Of a stretch of DNA of 64,000 bases, positions 13,301 through 28,300 are shown one piece after another. The translations under genes and the position numbers were made by a program. Source of the DNA: Phallusia mammillata. Lineage: Eukaryota. Under the pieces are notes generated by a model, which was given only the letters and a program-made list of their open reading frames with translations, searched no databases and was not told where the DNA came from. Each line of letters starts with the position of its first letter. The stretch's first letter is position 1. Location of the stretch: the NCBI GenBank assembly GCA_965637545.1, contig OZ281495.1:26474001-26538000 (forward strand), read 5' to 3'.

Positions 13301-16300
13301 CTGTTGGAATGACAAACGTGTTTTAAAAACATCTACGAAAAATCTCATTCAGGTTAATGTATAAAGTTACAAAATCGTAAAGCATGTATTGCATATAATC
13401 CATAACTTTAAATCAAAACGGCTTTTACCCTGTTATATGCCTCTATGAATAATGTCGCGTTCAGTTGTTGTATTGTTTCGCTGAGCTCAGTTTGAACTTT
13501 CCATTACAATTGGCACATTGTTGGTTTAATCCGGGTTGGTTACTACGTCGCTTTGTTTGGAAGTCCGGTTGGCTGTTGGTCTTGTTGGCCTTGCTAATGT
13601 AAACTCGCCGTGACATAGAAGGCCACCTGTGTGCTGATGACTGATCGCTGTAGAGTCAAAAAGTCGGTTAACTGTTGAAGCTATATAGTTTGAAACAGTT
13701 AACATTGTATATGCTGTTGTATATGTGGTCCTAATGAATTCCTAATGAATTATAGATTTGAAACCGCGGTTAGCTACACTCTTTCCTAAATCGCCAATTG
13801 AGAGTGCCAAGAAATATTGGAAATATATCTCCCAATTTCGCAGTTGCATTTTTTATGTTTGTTGCTTAGCAATTGCAACAGCCACCTGTAAAACTTTGCA
13901 AACATATTTTAGCTTGTCTAAATTTGATTTTAGTTGGCCATTAAAACAAATGCGTTTTTACCTATTTTTGTCATGTGGCGTCTTGAAGTCAAAACCCTTG
14001 GAAAATGAGTTCATTTATTCTTAATTATGTTGTTTTTTGTAATACTTTGACAATAAATGTTGTTTCGAATTTATTTCTACTGAAATTATATTTGCAGAGG
14101 CATCAGCAGTCACCGCTGTGAACATCGCCATTGAAGACGAAGATTGGGAACAAACTTACGGATTGTTACGTCACACTGACATCGCTCTTGCATCGCTGAC
14201 AATGGAATGCGCTCAAACTTATCACGAACAACTGAAGGAAGTTCGGACGGAAAACCTCGACGAAGGTACGATATGTTCTTGTTTCTAAACCTCGTCTTCA
14301 GTTAATTAGTGCTAGCATGGTTACTTAACTAAGGTTTGTGGTGACTCTGGTGAGTTTCAATAAGGTTACATGGACATAAATCTAGGTTCAGCTCGGGTTA
14401 CCATTGAATTTAGATGCGCTTGTTAAGTCTTATCTTCAAACGTCGTACGATGGTTGTTAACATTAGAAATGAGCATATGTCCTATTCATTGATCTGGCTC
14501 AAGGCAGTGATAATGTTTAATGTCTGAAATTGACAACACAATGTAAATGTTAGTGTGTTTAGTTTGAGATTTAAAACAGCACGCAATTTGTCAAATAAAT
14601 CGATTTGGGAACCCATGTACAATAATTCTAGTTGTAACGGGACATGGTGTTATAACCGAACGCAAGTTTGTTTCTACGTTCTTGGTCAAAAAAGATTGGT
14701 TAAAACTTACTAAAAATTGTACATGTGACAGATTAGTGTCTAAAATGTGCTATATAATTTTTGCCCATAAGTTACTAAATTGTTAACACTCACCCAGCAA
14801 ACATGACAAGAGTTTTTACATTCCCTTTTAATATAAATTTTGTTGAAAGTGCCACAATTTGCTGACGTTTTTTTTAATTTATGGCTTAGGCTTGAAAGAT
14901 ACAACCTGGGTAGCTTATAAGACGAGAGAGGGTGATACATATTACTTCAATACTGAAGAGTTGGGCGGATCATGGGACAAACCTGAAGATTTCCAACCTG
15001 AAACAGCTCAGCTTACTAAAGAGGAAATCCAAGTAAGACCTGTTAATGACCAAAGTTTTTTACCAAACGAACCATTTTCAAAAAAAAAAAAAAAAACTAT
15101 TATGTAACTGTTAAAATGAACATAAATTCATAACTGGGATCGGTCCTATAGCGTCTGTGCAGATCAGCGATCCAGGCCCCTGTAAGGCGTTATACCGAAT
15201 CAGCCGGTCACCAAGTATTTTACTAGTTTTCGTGGGTTCGAATCCCACCACAGGTTAAAATTTTCTAGACCACGCCTAGGCATACCAGAATGCTTCGGTA
15301 AAATGCCTTCAATGGGCCTGGCGTACTTTGATGTAATATAATATAACTGTGGTTGGTACCCAGTTACGTAATCTATAGATTACCATATTTATTTTACGTA
15401 GGAATGTATTAGCATGGTTTCTGCGGCATACGATCGTGCACAGTTGTGGCGCGACAACGAACCCTTGATTATTAAGCTTCAAGCCTTTTGCCGCATGTAT
15501 ATCGCGAGGAAAGCTTACAAGGAAAGGAAGAACTTCATTGCAAACCAGGTACCTAGTTCAAAAAACTCACTCATTCACTCACTTTTTCTCATACTTACTT
15601 TCTTTCTTATTGAAAGACTTATTTGTTAGTCACTCACCCATTTTCCCACTTTGTCTAACTTAACAACTTGGAATACACTTCACTCATTTTTCCGAAGTTA
15701 GTTTAATACCATTCGCTCAATTAATCATCACTTAAAGAGTTCTTAGTAAATTTTAAGCATTAACGTCACTTATGGCCACCTGCTTATATATGACCTAATG
15801 TTTACTTTTTAATGTATGATTTATCTACAGCTTCCTGCCATTACCTTGATACAAGCACAATGGAGAGGTTACCGTCAGTGGAAAGCTTACAACGAGCGTT
15901 TGAAATACTTCAGAGATCATGTCGATGCTATCATAGTGGTAAGTATTAGGGATGTGCCAAAACTGCAAATGTTCTGTTTGGTCGAGCACCGAACATCTCA
16001 CTTCAATGCTCGGTGCTCGGTCGAGCACGCTCGGTGCATTATGACGTCACAAAAAATCCCCTTTCTACGTTTTAGCTTTGCAAGGTCTCTTACGTCACCG
16101 GCGGTGTTTTATTAAGCCGTACATGCCCTTAAAGTACGCGTTTTTCCACCATCTAGTACATTTAAAAAATCATTCGTTTTTGTTCATAGACACCTATTAG
16201 AACACTAGTTACGTATGTATGCAAATTTAACGCTCGGGTCAGTTTGTACAACTGCTCGCCTGAGCACCGAGCATTAAAAACAGCGATGCTCGGTACCGAG

Positions 16301-19300
16301 TACTCGGGTTCTGGCTCGGCTCGGCCCATCCCTAGTAAGTATTACGTAATGCCGGTCTTACGTCATTGCGACAACACCCCTGCTAATCATATACGTTGAA
16401 ACGTCGGGTTCTTGATATCAATGCGAATCCACTTGAGGCACGTTGCCATATATGTATATTGGACGCTCGGAAGTGTACACAAGGTAAAATGCGCGGGTTT
16501 CACTAGGCTTAGGTAAAGGACAAAACCACACCCAAAAACCAACACTTAAATACGAAACGCTACCTTGTTGGGCAAACCGCTGACTGTGTACCACATGTTA
16601 TGTATTCATTTTATAGTGCGCAGCGGCAATGTAGTTATGCCACTATGCGTTTGTAGTATAAGTGTACGGAATTGCCACATCCAATGTCGTTGATACTAAA
16701 GTTAATTTAGGAATTACGTCACTTATTTATGACGCCATAATCTAGTGTTGTGGTTCCCAAGCCTTTTTCGACGATTTCCTTACTTACAATTCAAAACCCC
16801 TAAAATAATACATGGTATTTTGCGAAACCATACAAAATCGTTTAAAATTGCGTCTTATATCAACTTCACAGGTTATATCCCTAGAGCAGGGGTTCTTAAC
16901 CTGGGGTGCACGCACCCCCAAGGGGTGCGGTAACTGTTCCTAGGGGGTGCGGGGATGCTGAATCATTAAGGTTGGTTAGGTCTATTCTATTTAAGCAATT
17001 ACAGAAGGGGGAGCGAAAATTGGTTAGTGATTTGCAAAGGGGTGCGAAAATTGGTTGGTGAATTGAAAGGGGTGCAGCAAGGAAAAAAGGTTAAGAACCA
17101 CTGCCCTAGAGCATGTCAATTTACAAACCATATGTAAAAATTTAAGTTTTAAAATACCTCCCCGGTTGGGAACCACTGATCCAGTGTAACTAACCAGTCC
17201 ATACACGCTGTCCCGTTTAAGTAAACTGAACGTAGTAACGAACAACATCTGTGTAGTGGAAACCTCCATAGTGTGGTGTTCGACTTGGCAAAATGTCATG
17301 CGTTGTAGCATTTTATCAGCGGTTAGGTTGTGAATTATTCAGTGTTGTTCCCATTTTTTGTCGTTTCCCCTGTCACCTTAATGTGCACGTGTTGATTTCA
17401 GATGCAAAAATGGCTGCGTATGCACCAAGCCAGATCCAAGTACACCAAGCGACTGAATTACTTCAAAGATCACGTACGTACCACATGTTTTGCTTTCATA
17501 CTACGTTTCACGTATATGGTGTACGAAACAATTTCATGTTTCTTTAAAGGTTTTCATGAATATATAATTCTGCCTTAGTCAGGTCGTTTGATTTCATACA
17601 CTTTGTTAAACATTTATCTATGTACAAATTGTAAAGACGTTGTCGTTTTTTTGTTGTAGGTGAAAACTATTATCAGACTTCAAGCTTGGTTCCGATCGAA
17701 CAAAGCAAGACACGATTACAAAACATTAAGTAAGTTCAAAGAATCTTGAATAAGGTCAAGAATGCACTTTGATTAAGGCAAAGAAAATTTGTAAATAAAA
17801 ATACTGAGAAACGAAACAAACTTTAACAAAGAAAACCTTTTCGGCAATGATAAATAAAACAGAATGAGTGTGCATTTTGTTTGGCCTGTTTTTTAACTTT
17901 TAAAGCTAATTTCTTTACAATAAATCCTAATCCTGAAAGCAGTACCACACAAATGCACTCACCATGTTTAAACGCAACATCAAGCTACAGTGTAAACCCA
18001 TATTTATTGTTGTTTGTTTAATGCTGTATTACACAAATGACCAGCATAAAACCTTTGTTACCGGCATCATATATTACGTGTAACAAGTGACGAATAAAGT
18101 CACTATAGGTCACTTGCTGAAGTCGATTAACAGACGACCTGTTTACTTTCAGTTGGTGTGGAAAACCCACCACTTCCCGTCGTGCAAAGATTCGTGCATC
18201 TGCTTGATCAGCGAGCTACAGATTTTGCCGAAGAAATTGGTAAGCATGTCATCTCTCAGTCTTTTCCTATTGTTTGCATCCTGGCCTTGTTTATATCCGT
18301 GAACTTTCAACGTTTGTTTCTTCATGTCGAACAATGGAACCAAGTTCAAAAGTACAGACGAAGACAAACTTTTTCTTCGCGAATCATTAATCTTTTACCT
18401 CAGCTAGTTTTGTCAGGCGAATTTCTTTAAGAGTTCAAAAGAATAATATTTAAGTTTCAAATCGAAAATACGGTACAAAAACTAATTGCTATGTAATATG
18501 TTTCTGTACTAAAATTCTCAGTACTTGGGCAAAAACGTAAGATGTGCACAAACCCTGGAGAATGAAAACAATCACCCATCAAAATGTGTTTAGTACAGGT
18601 GTAACAAAATTCATAAACTAAATATAATTACAAAACTATGTGCGCTTTATGCATTTACTACATGTTTACTATAATGGCCACTTCGTTCTCAAAACGCACT
18701 AAGGCTACAACCAAGCCAAAAAAGTCCCAAACATTTAATTGGGTTTAGTTATATCATTGTCGACGTTGATAAGTAGCAGCGTTCTCATATTACAGAGCTC
18801 CAAGACTTGAAACAGCGCGTTGTGCAGTGCATCAAATCCAACAATGAACTGGAAGAAGCGCTCAACACAATGGACATCAAGATCGGTCTGCTGGTTAAGA
18901 ACAGAATCACTTTGCAGGTATGTTAACCTTGTTGTGGCCGAAAACCTCGACTGACAATGGCTTCATGAACTTTGACCCCGTGCTCTGTCTTTGGGCTGTA
19001 ATGGTCCGCATCGGTATTTCAGAACTGGCCAACGAAAAATAAACTCTTTTTCTGGGAATGTGTGCTTTTTTCGGTAAAATGATTTCACTAGAACTACAAT
19101 TTAGTTTTTCGAGTGGATCAAGTAATGATACCCAACGTACATGTAAAAACATCAAACCGATAAATGATAAGTTAGCTGCAGACTGTGCACACTGTTTCGA
19201 CCAATAAAGTCTTATCAATGCAGCTGGTGGCATGATATTGGCCATACATAAACTACATGACATATTACCAAAATGCTCGTTACGCGCTTGTTTTTGTTTG

Positions 19301-22300
19301 TGCCTTATTTCACTGATGATGACAATTGTTTTTGTCGAAACGTTTGCTTAATAAAATGTCTACGTTTTATTCTACATCGCTGGCAATTTTGCTTTTAGTA
19401 AAGCTATTATTCAAGTCCGTGTCTTGTGTAACAATATTACCAAAACTTGTCAAAACACTCGTAATTTCATTTCTTAGCACAATTGCAGTAAGAAGGCTAT
19501 CAAAAACTTAACTTTTCTGAACTAGTCCTTAATTTTCTGCACAGGATGTAATCAACCACAGCAAAAATCTTCGCAAAAAGCAAGGTAAGGAATCAGCAGT
19601 TAATGAACAAAACGCTGGTGGTGCAGCGGGACTGAAATCTCTCAACAAATCCAACAGAGCAAGATTGGAAGCCTACCAGCATCTCTTCTACCTACTGCAG
19701 GTAACACTTGGAAACTGTAAATTGTTACGTTTAACTGTCTGCTTTATGACGCCATAGTTGCCTTGTGATGTCATAGTTGATTTATGACGTCATAGTAATG
19801 TGTTTGCTCCTGCGCACCGAGTCTTTTGATGCTTACCTAGTTAATTTTGAACAGCTGACGGTTAATAACCAAACAGTGCTTTTAACTGAAAATTAGTTAT
19901 TTTTTCGCTAAAATTTTGAATCTTTTATTTAAAGCTATAAAACTTCGTGTTATTATCTTTGTCTATTCTCTATATCAGTGGTTCTCAAACCCGGTTTTCG
20001 GGGCCGCATGCGGCTCCCAACTACTTACTTTGCGGCTCGCACCAGACCTCAGAAAACCACCAAACATTGCTATTTTACCTTTCAAAGTCGTATTCTTTAG
20101 TGATTTTCTCAAGGTTTCGTTTTTTTTTCGGCTCCCCACACACTTAAAAACTACTTTTTGGCCCCGACAATACAAAAGTTTGAGAACCACTGCTCTATAT
20201 TTTTAAAATATGTGTCTTAAAATGACATGCTATGTAAAACTATGTCTTACAGATACCTTTAAACTTTGGACTTTAACGTTAAATCATTTTTTAACGAATT
20301 TTTGGAAGAATTTTGTTTTTCACGCGAAAGGTTACATATCAAAAACACAAATGTTTAGAAACACATACCCTTTTCAAATTAGTTTCAAATTTTCAAATTA
20401 TTTTCAAAAATGTATTTTTTACAGACGAACCCGACTTATTTCGGCAAACTGATTTTCAAGATGGCTGCCGGTCGTACGACCAACTTCATGCAGTCGGTTA
20501 TTCTGACCGTGTACAACTACGCATCAAACCAGCGCGAGGAATACTTGCTACTGAAACTGTTTAAGACTGCTCTTCAGGAAGAAATTGAGTGAGTCGGCTT
20601 GAGACATCAAAACTTGCGTTTTTTGATGATTTTTGTTTCCCTAAGTGTGACAAATTTACGTTTTTCGTGTGAGTTCAACTGGTTAAAAGCATCTTTCAAA
20701 TTTTCTTGTTTTGTTTCGAAAATGCTGCCATTGAGATTGGCTTGCGTGGTGCTTCCGATTTTTACAAGTTGACTTGTTGCGAAAAACGCGATTTTTCACG
20801 ACTACAATAGCTGTATGGTGAATATTTTTATAAACTGCATGTAAGATTTATCCACAAACTTTGTTGTTTTTGTCACTTAAGTTTTAATTTATCTACTAAA
20901 CCGAAACTAACCATTAAAAAAGGCCCAATGCCAAACCCTTAACCTTAAGCGTTCTTATTTTTGTTCATTCAACTAACTGCAAAAAAACTCCTATTCGAGA
21001 TTAAACAATTTAAGTTGATGGCATTTTTCTAGTTTACCAGCTTAAAACTGCAGCTGCCTAAAAGCGCTAGCCAAAAGCGGTCTGTGGGTGTGTGATCTAA
21101 TTTGCTCTGCATTACTAATAACCCTAACACAACTAAATTCTCAGTTACATTGCCGGAAGCGACGAGGAATCAGGGTAAGAACCTGCGTTTTGTGGCAATG
21201 TCTAGCTGTGATGTGCTTTTACACAACTAACACGGGCGACGTGATGTGCTTGTTGTTGTTGTTGTACCGCTTGGTGGTGCCCTCTTGTACTTCTTTGCTT
21301 GACTGTATGTGTCACCTGTTCACCTGCCTGACTGACTACACCAGGGGTGGGCAACATACGGCCCGCGGGCCGGATCCGGCCCGCGACGGGATTTTGAGCG
21401 GCCCGCGACGGGATTTTGAGCGGCCCGCAGACAGTTTCTGGTCTTGCATGATAATGTGGCCCACGGCCACAGTCTTCCGCAATCCCCTACTACTTGCTTA
21501 CTGCGTCAAATTGTAGTTGTAACGGACAGTAACGCTCCCCACTACCAAAAAACTTTCCCGCCGTTGTAACCATCGCACCATACGTCCATTGTTACGACAT
21601 AACTGCCAACCTTGTGGGTGTCCTGATTTCTCGGTTTTCTTTCTTTCCACACGTGTAGCCTAGTTAGTGTTTCAGCAGTACCTAAGTCTGTGGTGTATGC
21701 ATTAAATTTGCTGTGGTGAATAATTTTATGTTATATCAGTTAGATTGTTTGGACTGTATTGTAATTGCGTTCTTGATTGTATTTAGTTTAGGTGGTCAAA
21801 AATCCGTTTTAAATCACTGGATAAATACGCGATTAATATATCGATTCAGGAATCCGGCCCGCCAAGTACTTCATTTTCCCATATCAGGCCCGCCGACGGG
21901 AGAAGTTGCCCGCCCCTGGACTACACGCTACTGTTTTGTGTGTTTGATATGAGGTGAAACCGGATAACCTTTTCGATTGTCACCAAATTGACTCACTAAA
22001 AATCACCATATTGCTTCTTGATTGACTTGTCCGCTTTCACGTGACGTCACATCGTTCTGACGTCATAACCTATTACGTATAATTTCTAACTCAAGCTGTT
22101 TGCCACGAAGATATATTCAGTTAACCATTGGTCTATTATAACCAGTACTGTTTTTGATGATATAAGCGGTTATGTTTTAATAATGGTTAAAAAAACTGAA
22201 TAACAGATATAAATACTTTAATCATAAACATTACTGCCAAGGTAGTGTTGTATATAGAATACATCGTGTAGACGTTTCGACAATCTCTGTTGTCATCATC

Positions 22301-25300
22301 AGTAAAGATATAAATACGTTTTAAAACTTTGCAGCACGTTTGTGGCACGAATCGGTTTTATTATCAATATATTTTGGACCAATAACAGTAATGTGTGCCA
22401 CAAACAAATTTCCTTACTGCGTTATCTAACACGCACGTTTTAGCAAGTTAACATTATCTATACAGAAAAGCTTACTTAAGTTCTAACGCATCAAATACAG
22501 TGTATGTTTGTGGTTTTCTGTGGTTTAGTTCAAAATGAATATCCAGTTAGTGCCTTTCTCTGCACCAAGGTGTGCTTTGTGTGAAGCTGCCATCCTGGGT
22601 ATTTCTGATTGTTAAAATGTGTTCTAACACTGATTATGTGAAGTTGGGAAAATTACTTCGACCTTTTCGGTGCTGTGGTTTTCTTCCTATCTTCCGCAAT
22701 GATATAAGCCGCAATGCAACCGTTGATTGCTGAAAACGATTTCTAGTAGCCGATATCTAAACTCTGAACTGAAATTCTTACTGATTTCTCGTCTACAGTT
22801 CTGCAATGAAGTCTTATCAGTCCATAGGCAGTGCCAATGTTTAAATTTCTAACTGTTTAATCTTGATTCCTGCATGACAATTTTTGTAGCGTAGAAAGTT
22901 AACTCTGACATTGTTTTGTAACCCAATTTCCAATAGGTAACTAAACTAACACACCTAAAACTCTTAAATTATAAAAAAGCCAACATGAGTTTGTATAATA
23001 TTGAGTTTGAAATAAGGCCTATAATCTTAGCGTCCAATAATTGACGCATTTCGCTTCCAACCTTAAATAGAAATTGATTAACTCATCTTGCTACCTAAAA
23101 CCATACTGCTTTTGTAGTGTGTTAATCAAAGAAAGTTCGCTGTTGATACGTTGTGTGGTGAAGTGCTTTTTTTCGCTTAATTCAAAATCAAAAATCATGG
23201 TCCAAGTCATATTCATGCGACAAAGTCTGAATGCGTCATCTGCCAAGCATGACTCTTTGTGGACGAACCCATTACGTCACAAAGCAGAACGAGGCCGATC
23301 GCGTGACTTTCAGTGGTCACGTGATGCGAGATTCGCTGCATGATTCGCATCAGTGCTTTTTTATCCGGTGGTCAAGGACCGATTTTCAACAGTTCCTTTT
23401 CATGGCAGGTCAAAAGTGGACAAGGTGAAGGAAATCGCTACGGGGAATCCCCTCGTCATCAAGATGGTTGTGACCTTCAACCGTGGGGCCAAAGGTCAAA
23501 GTTCGCTTCGACAGATCCTGGCTCCACAGGTATAGCGTAAAAGTAGACAATATTTTTTAAAATGTAAATAATTCTACAAAAAATATTTTTCTTTAATAAG
23601 TGACAATACGAATTTACTCGACACTTTACTAATGAGCTAAACTGTGTTTGTATTTTTAAGTTAATTGGCACCTTCAATTTGTTTCTTTACGCCAAATGCA
23701 TTTTTGTGTGTTTGTATTTGTATGCGTAAAACTTTGACCTTCAGACTTGGACTGAAGACTTTGATAACAGTTGTGCATATTCTTCTTCTCACAGGTGCAA
23801 GAGGTGATGAAGAATAAGACTCTGAGCATAAACATGAGCCCGGTTGAAATCTACAAAGCTTGGATCAGCCAAAAAGAGACAGAAACCGGCGAAGCTTCGT
23901 AAGTTGACACAAAACCCTATTCATCCACAAATGTGTAAAAAAGTAACCATAATATCTTCTAAATAAAACAGAGACTTACCGTACGAGGTGTCAACCGCGG
24001 AGGCAATGAAGCATGATGAGGTGAAGAAGCGAGTTGAAGATTCGATCACTCAACTGCGGACAGTCACTGATTCCTTCATGACTGCTATCCTTAACTCAAT
24101 TGACGCTATCCCGTAAGTTGTTAACTTAACGCCTCAAAGGCGGAATTAACGCTTTAAGAGTGCGCTTATGATGGGTCCCCATCTTCTTGTGTTTTTAATG
24201 CTGTCTGGTTTCTCGTGCAAAAACTGTTTTGAAACTGTTTTGATGTAGAATATACAAATTGTAAATATATAGAATTTTGAGATTTATTTGAGTGCCTGCA
24301 ATACTATGACATGTTGTTTTTGCAGATACGGTCTAAGGTACATCGCTAAATGCTTGAAGAATCTTCTGAAGCAGAAGTTTCCAGACACACCCGAGGACGA
24401 AGTGCTGAAGGTAACAGCAAACTAAACGAGCACTTTTTTGTAGCAAAGCCCTAAAGCTGTGGCCCATAATCATTTTGCTACTGCTGCCTATTTGCGATTT
24501 CATATATCGGCCTCCATTCTTTCCACTAAACCCGAATAAAATTCTATTAGCTGTGTATCTTTTTAGACCCAAAACTCTTTTTGACATCTGCCAGTAGATA
24601 TGTTTTTTAAACATGCGCGCGATCATTTTTTGGTATGCGCTTCACAGGTTTCAAGATTGAAAAATAAAATAATAAAATGAGACAAGAATAAAGATTTGAC
24701 TTTCTGCTAATATGCCAACGCCCTTTTTTGTGTTTTACTTCTAAACTTACTCCATTACCATATTTCCATGTCTTACTTGTGACAGATGGTGGGCAATCTG
24801 ATCTACTACCGATACATGAACCCAGCCATCGTGGCACCAGATGCTTTCGACATTATCGATGTATCTGCCGGCGCATCGGGTCTCAATAACGACCAACGAC
24901 GTAATCTTGGTTCAATCGCCAAAGTCCTGCAATTTGCCAGCACTGGAAAAACGGTAATTTGTTTGTTTTTTGACCACGGTTCTAGATTAGTTATCGGGTT
25001 TTAGTAGGCGTAGTACCGATTCGTATTGTGATACCCGGTACGAAATTGCTTTTTGTGACGCTTGTTTGACGGAATATCTTATTGCAAAGAATAAAAGGTT
25101 AAAAAAGGCCAAGTTAAGATTTTAAATGCATTATTCATAAGGTCAAAACTGAACACTTCTGTCCAAAACATGCCGACCATTATATCTATACGCCACAATG
25201 CTATAAAGTTACATAATACATTAACACAATATTTTCAGCTATCAAACAACTGCTGAGTTAGTAGCATATCCTTTTTTACTATTGTGTATGAATGTTACTT

Positions 25301-28300
25301 CCCAATATATCTGGTTAAAGAAACTTGGGGTGTTTGTTTTGTTGGGTTCAACAGAAAGTCATGCAGGAAGAACTGTCACAAATCAAATACACATAACAAT
25401 GGCATATGTTCGATAGTGTTTGTATTTGAATCTGACTGTCGTTTTGTTTCAGTTTGCTGGAGATATGCAACATCTTCGATCAATCAACAATTACTTGATG
25501 GAAGCCTACCAACGTTTCAAGTGAGGCGTCCACTATTAAATTATGTTCGTTTTTCCAGTAAACTTAAAGCACATACCTAACCATACACTGTAAATGCACA
25601 GGCAACCCTATACAAGTGAAACAATATAGGATGCAATCAAATTTAGGTCATATGCAGCAATAGACACCAAACTAGGTCAATATGAATGCGTTGTATAAGC
25701 TGTTTCTGCCGGGCATAATATCAACTTTATAGACCTCTACATATGAAGGAGACCTGTATAGGACGTCGAAACGTCGGTGCAAAAATACAAATGCAAGAAG
25801 ACCTCTGTAGAGTTGATCAATGCGTTGTGTTACTTTCACAGAAATTTTTTCGTCGCTGTTTGTGAAGTGCCGGACCCGGAGGAAAAATACAACATGGACG
25901 AATACAGTGACGCAGTGCTCCTTGTCAAACCCGTCATATTTATCACTATCAAGGAAATCTTGGACACGCACAAAGTTAGTTTTTGTCTTGAGAGTTTCGA
26001 ATCAATAGTATCAATTGTAATGTCTGCCCGTTTAAGGAATTTTACAGTTGTTAAAATGACTCCGATTCTGGGTTTTGACAAACTTAGGAGTATTTTTTGG
26101 ACTTTTATTGACAGACTTAGAACTTTAAAGTGCTCTGAATTTAAACTTTTGAAGACCACATTTAACGGTGTAATTCAGAAGTAAATTGCATTTAACGAAT
26201 ACAAAACTCGAAAACCAGTTGTTGCATTGAAACTGCCAAGCTTTATTTTTGAGATCGTTATGTATTTTGCTGACCTCTCAAACTTTTGCACAGTTGCTGC
26301 TGGAACACGCTGACGAAATTGCACCCGACACTACCGACCCACTTCACGACACACTCGAAGAACTGGGGGAAGTCCCCGACTTGGCAGCGCTAGTCGGTAT
26401 GTCACGTGACTCATTTGCAATTCGGGCGCATATTCAGCTTTTAATGCAACCGTTATACAAATGTGTTTATAAGCGCTTCAAATAAGCGCGGTGGCTTGGA
26501 TGCGGGCATAGGCTGCTACGCACATTTAATAGTTTTCTTCAGAAAAAGGCGCCAAACGGTTATTTCAAGTTTTGGACGCATACAATTTGCTCATCAAAAC
26601 CATTGCAATTGAAGAATCACTAAACACCTAAAATTTGTATTGAATGCTACATTTTCTTATTGAATACCGAAACCCGGTCATTACCTTGTATAATAGTTGT
26701 AAACGGGCCCGAAATTCGAATCCTAACTCGAAAAAACAAGCCTGAAGCTCGACTCGAAACCGAATTGTTTTTTGAGAAGCCCGTTTAAGCCTGAAACTTT
26801 GATTGCCAGGCCCATACATTTTTTAAGCCTTTAAAAAGTATGGCACCAATAACGTAGTAAAGAATATAATAAAGAAGCCATGCACAATAGACAATTAAAC
26901 CCTAAACCCTGATCTAACCTCAACAATCACCAAGGTACGACCATGGCAAAGTCACCGAAGAGAGGTAACTATAAAGTAGTTGCTTGCAACCCTGGTGCAT
27001 TTTAGTGGTGCTACTGGCCTCTAGTGGTGCATGTTTCCATGACTGGTGCCTTTGCAGCATGTATCAACTATTTCGGGGTTTGTACCCCGAACATAACAGG
27101 ACTTTTGAAGTGATGCTTACTGGACTTGTGTAAATTTTAGTAGGACACTAATATCTAGCATGCTGGTTTAGAAGTTTACAGTTAAACTGTGTTGTATTTT
27201 TGGTATATTTAGTGAAAAATATTTTAAACTTACATATGGATGTAAAGGTTTGTGAAGTATTGATAGAATCTTATGAAAATTCTCGTACAGTAGTTGTTAT
27301 CTGTTTGGTAGCTTTTACTAACACAAGAAATGTGGTTTTTGATGCCGGTAGACGTCTAACTTCTCATATTGCATGATGAATGCCGTTTCAATACGTTTCT
27401 ACGGTGTGTTTAAATATTTTCGTGCCCGCATTTTGCCTCGTCAAGATGTGTGGTGTATGGTTTGTGTCATTTCACCCCCATGTGTCAAGTGCAGACCTCG
27501 AAATGAGATCTGGTTTAAAGTGTTGTTGAAATGTTACTCCCTTATTACTTGAGGTCTGGTTTAGGTTGGTACGCTTGTAGGCTTAGCTGCGATTCAAATA
27601 AACCTGAAAATATGGACAATTACGAAGCAATTTGTGATTTTCTTATTATAAGATAAACAATTTGTCTCAGAAAATATATCTTTTTTCCTTTTAAATTCGA
27701 CTCTTTGGAAAAACTAGTCTTACCAACCAACCGTACCTTGAGGCCGCGACTTAAAATAAAGGTCATTTCTGACAAATAAGAACAATGACAGTACTTTATC
27801 GTTTAAAATAAGGTCTCATCTTGTTTTAAATAGACTCTATGGTAGCCCTGATTTTAGAGCTTTTGTCGTAATTGTTAGAAATTTGTTTGCGTTGTATAGC
27901 TCTGAAACATGACATGTACTGCCAAAATTCGAGTACAAATTTTGACCAAACATAAACTTGACATACTTGCTTTTCTTTGTGCACCGTTGCCCTACTACAC
28001 CAGTTTTCATGTTAACTACTACAATTTGTGCGCTGAATAACGTTTCAAAGACTGTTTAACCTACACATCGCCTGCTTGTGATATGTTCAATCCTCGCACG
28101 TTTCTGTACAAACTTCTTTAAGAATGTCATCTACAAACATTCCTGCCTTTGCTCCAGCATTAAATACAGCCTGTGCATGTCCCTGTCATTGACATTTTGC
28201 ACTACTTTATGCACAACGCCATCTTCCAACATACATTTACGACCTGTTATTGCTACTTGTGTAAAATGTCCAACTTGTGTTTTTAAGAGGCCTTTTGTAT

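Noticed and set aside
15179-15254. Functional tRNA gene
   Set aside because: Only the T-arm and part of an acceptor stem are present; no D or anticodon arms. Treated as SINE-like.
19745-23325. Intronic TGACGTCA/CACGTG clusters as enhancers
   Set aside because: Such motifs recur throughout the window and nothing else marks these copies as functional.
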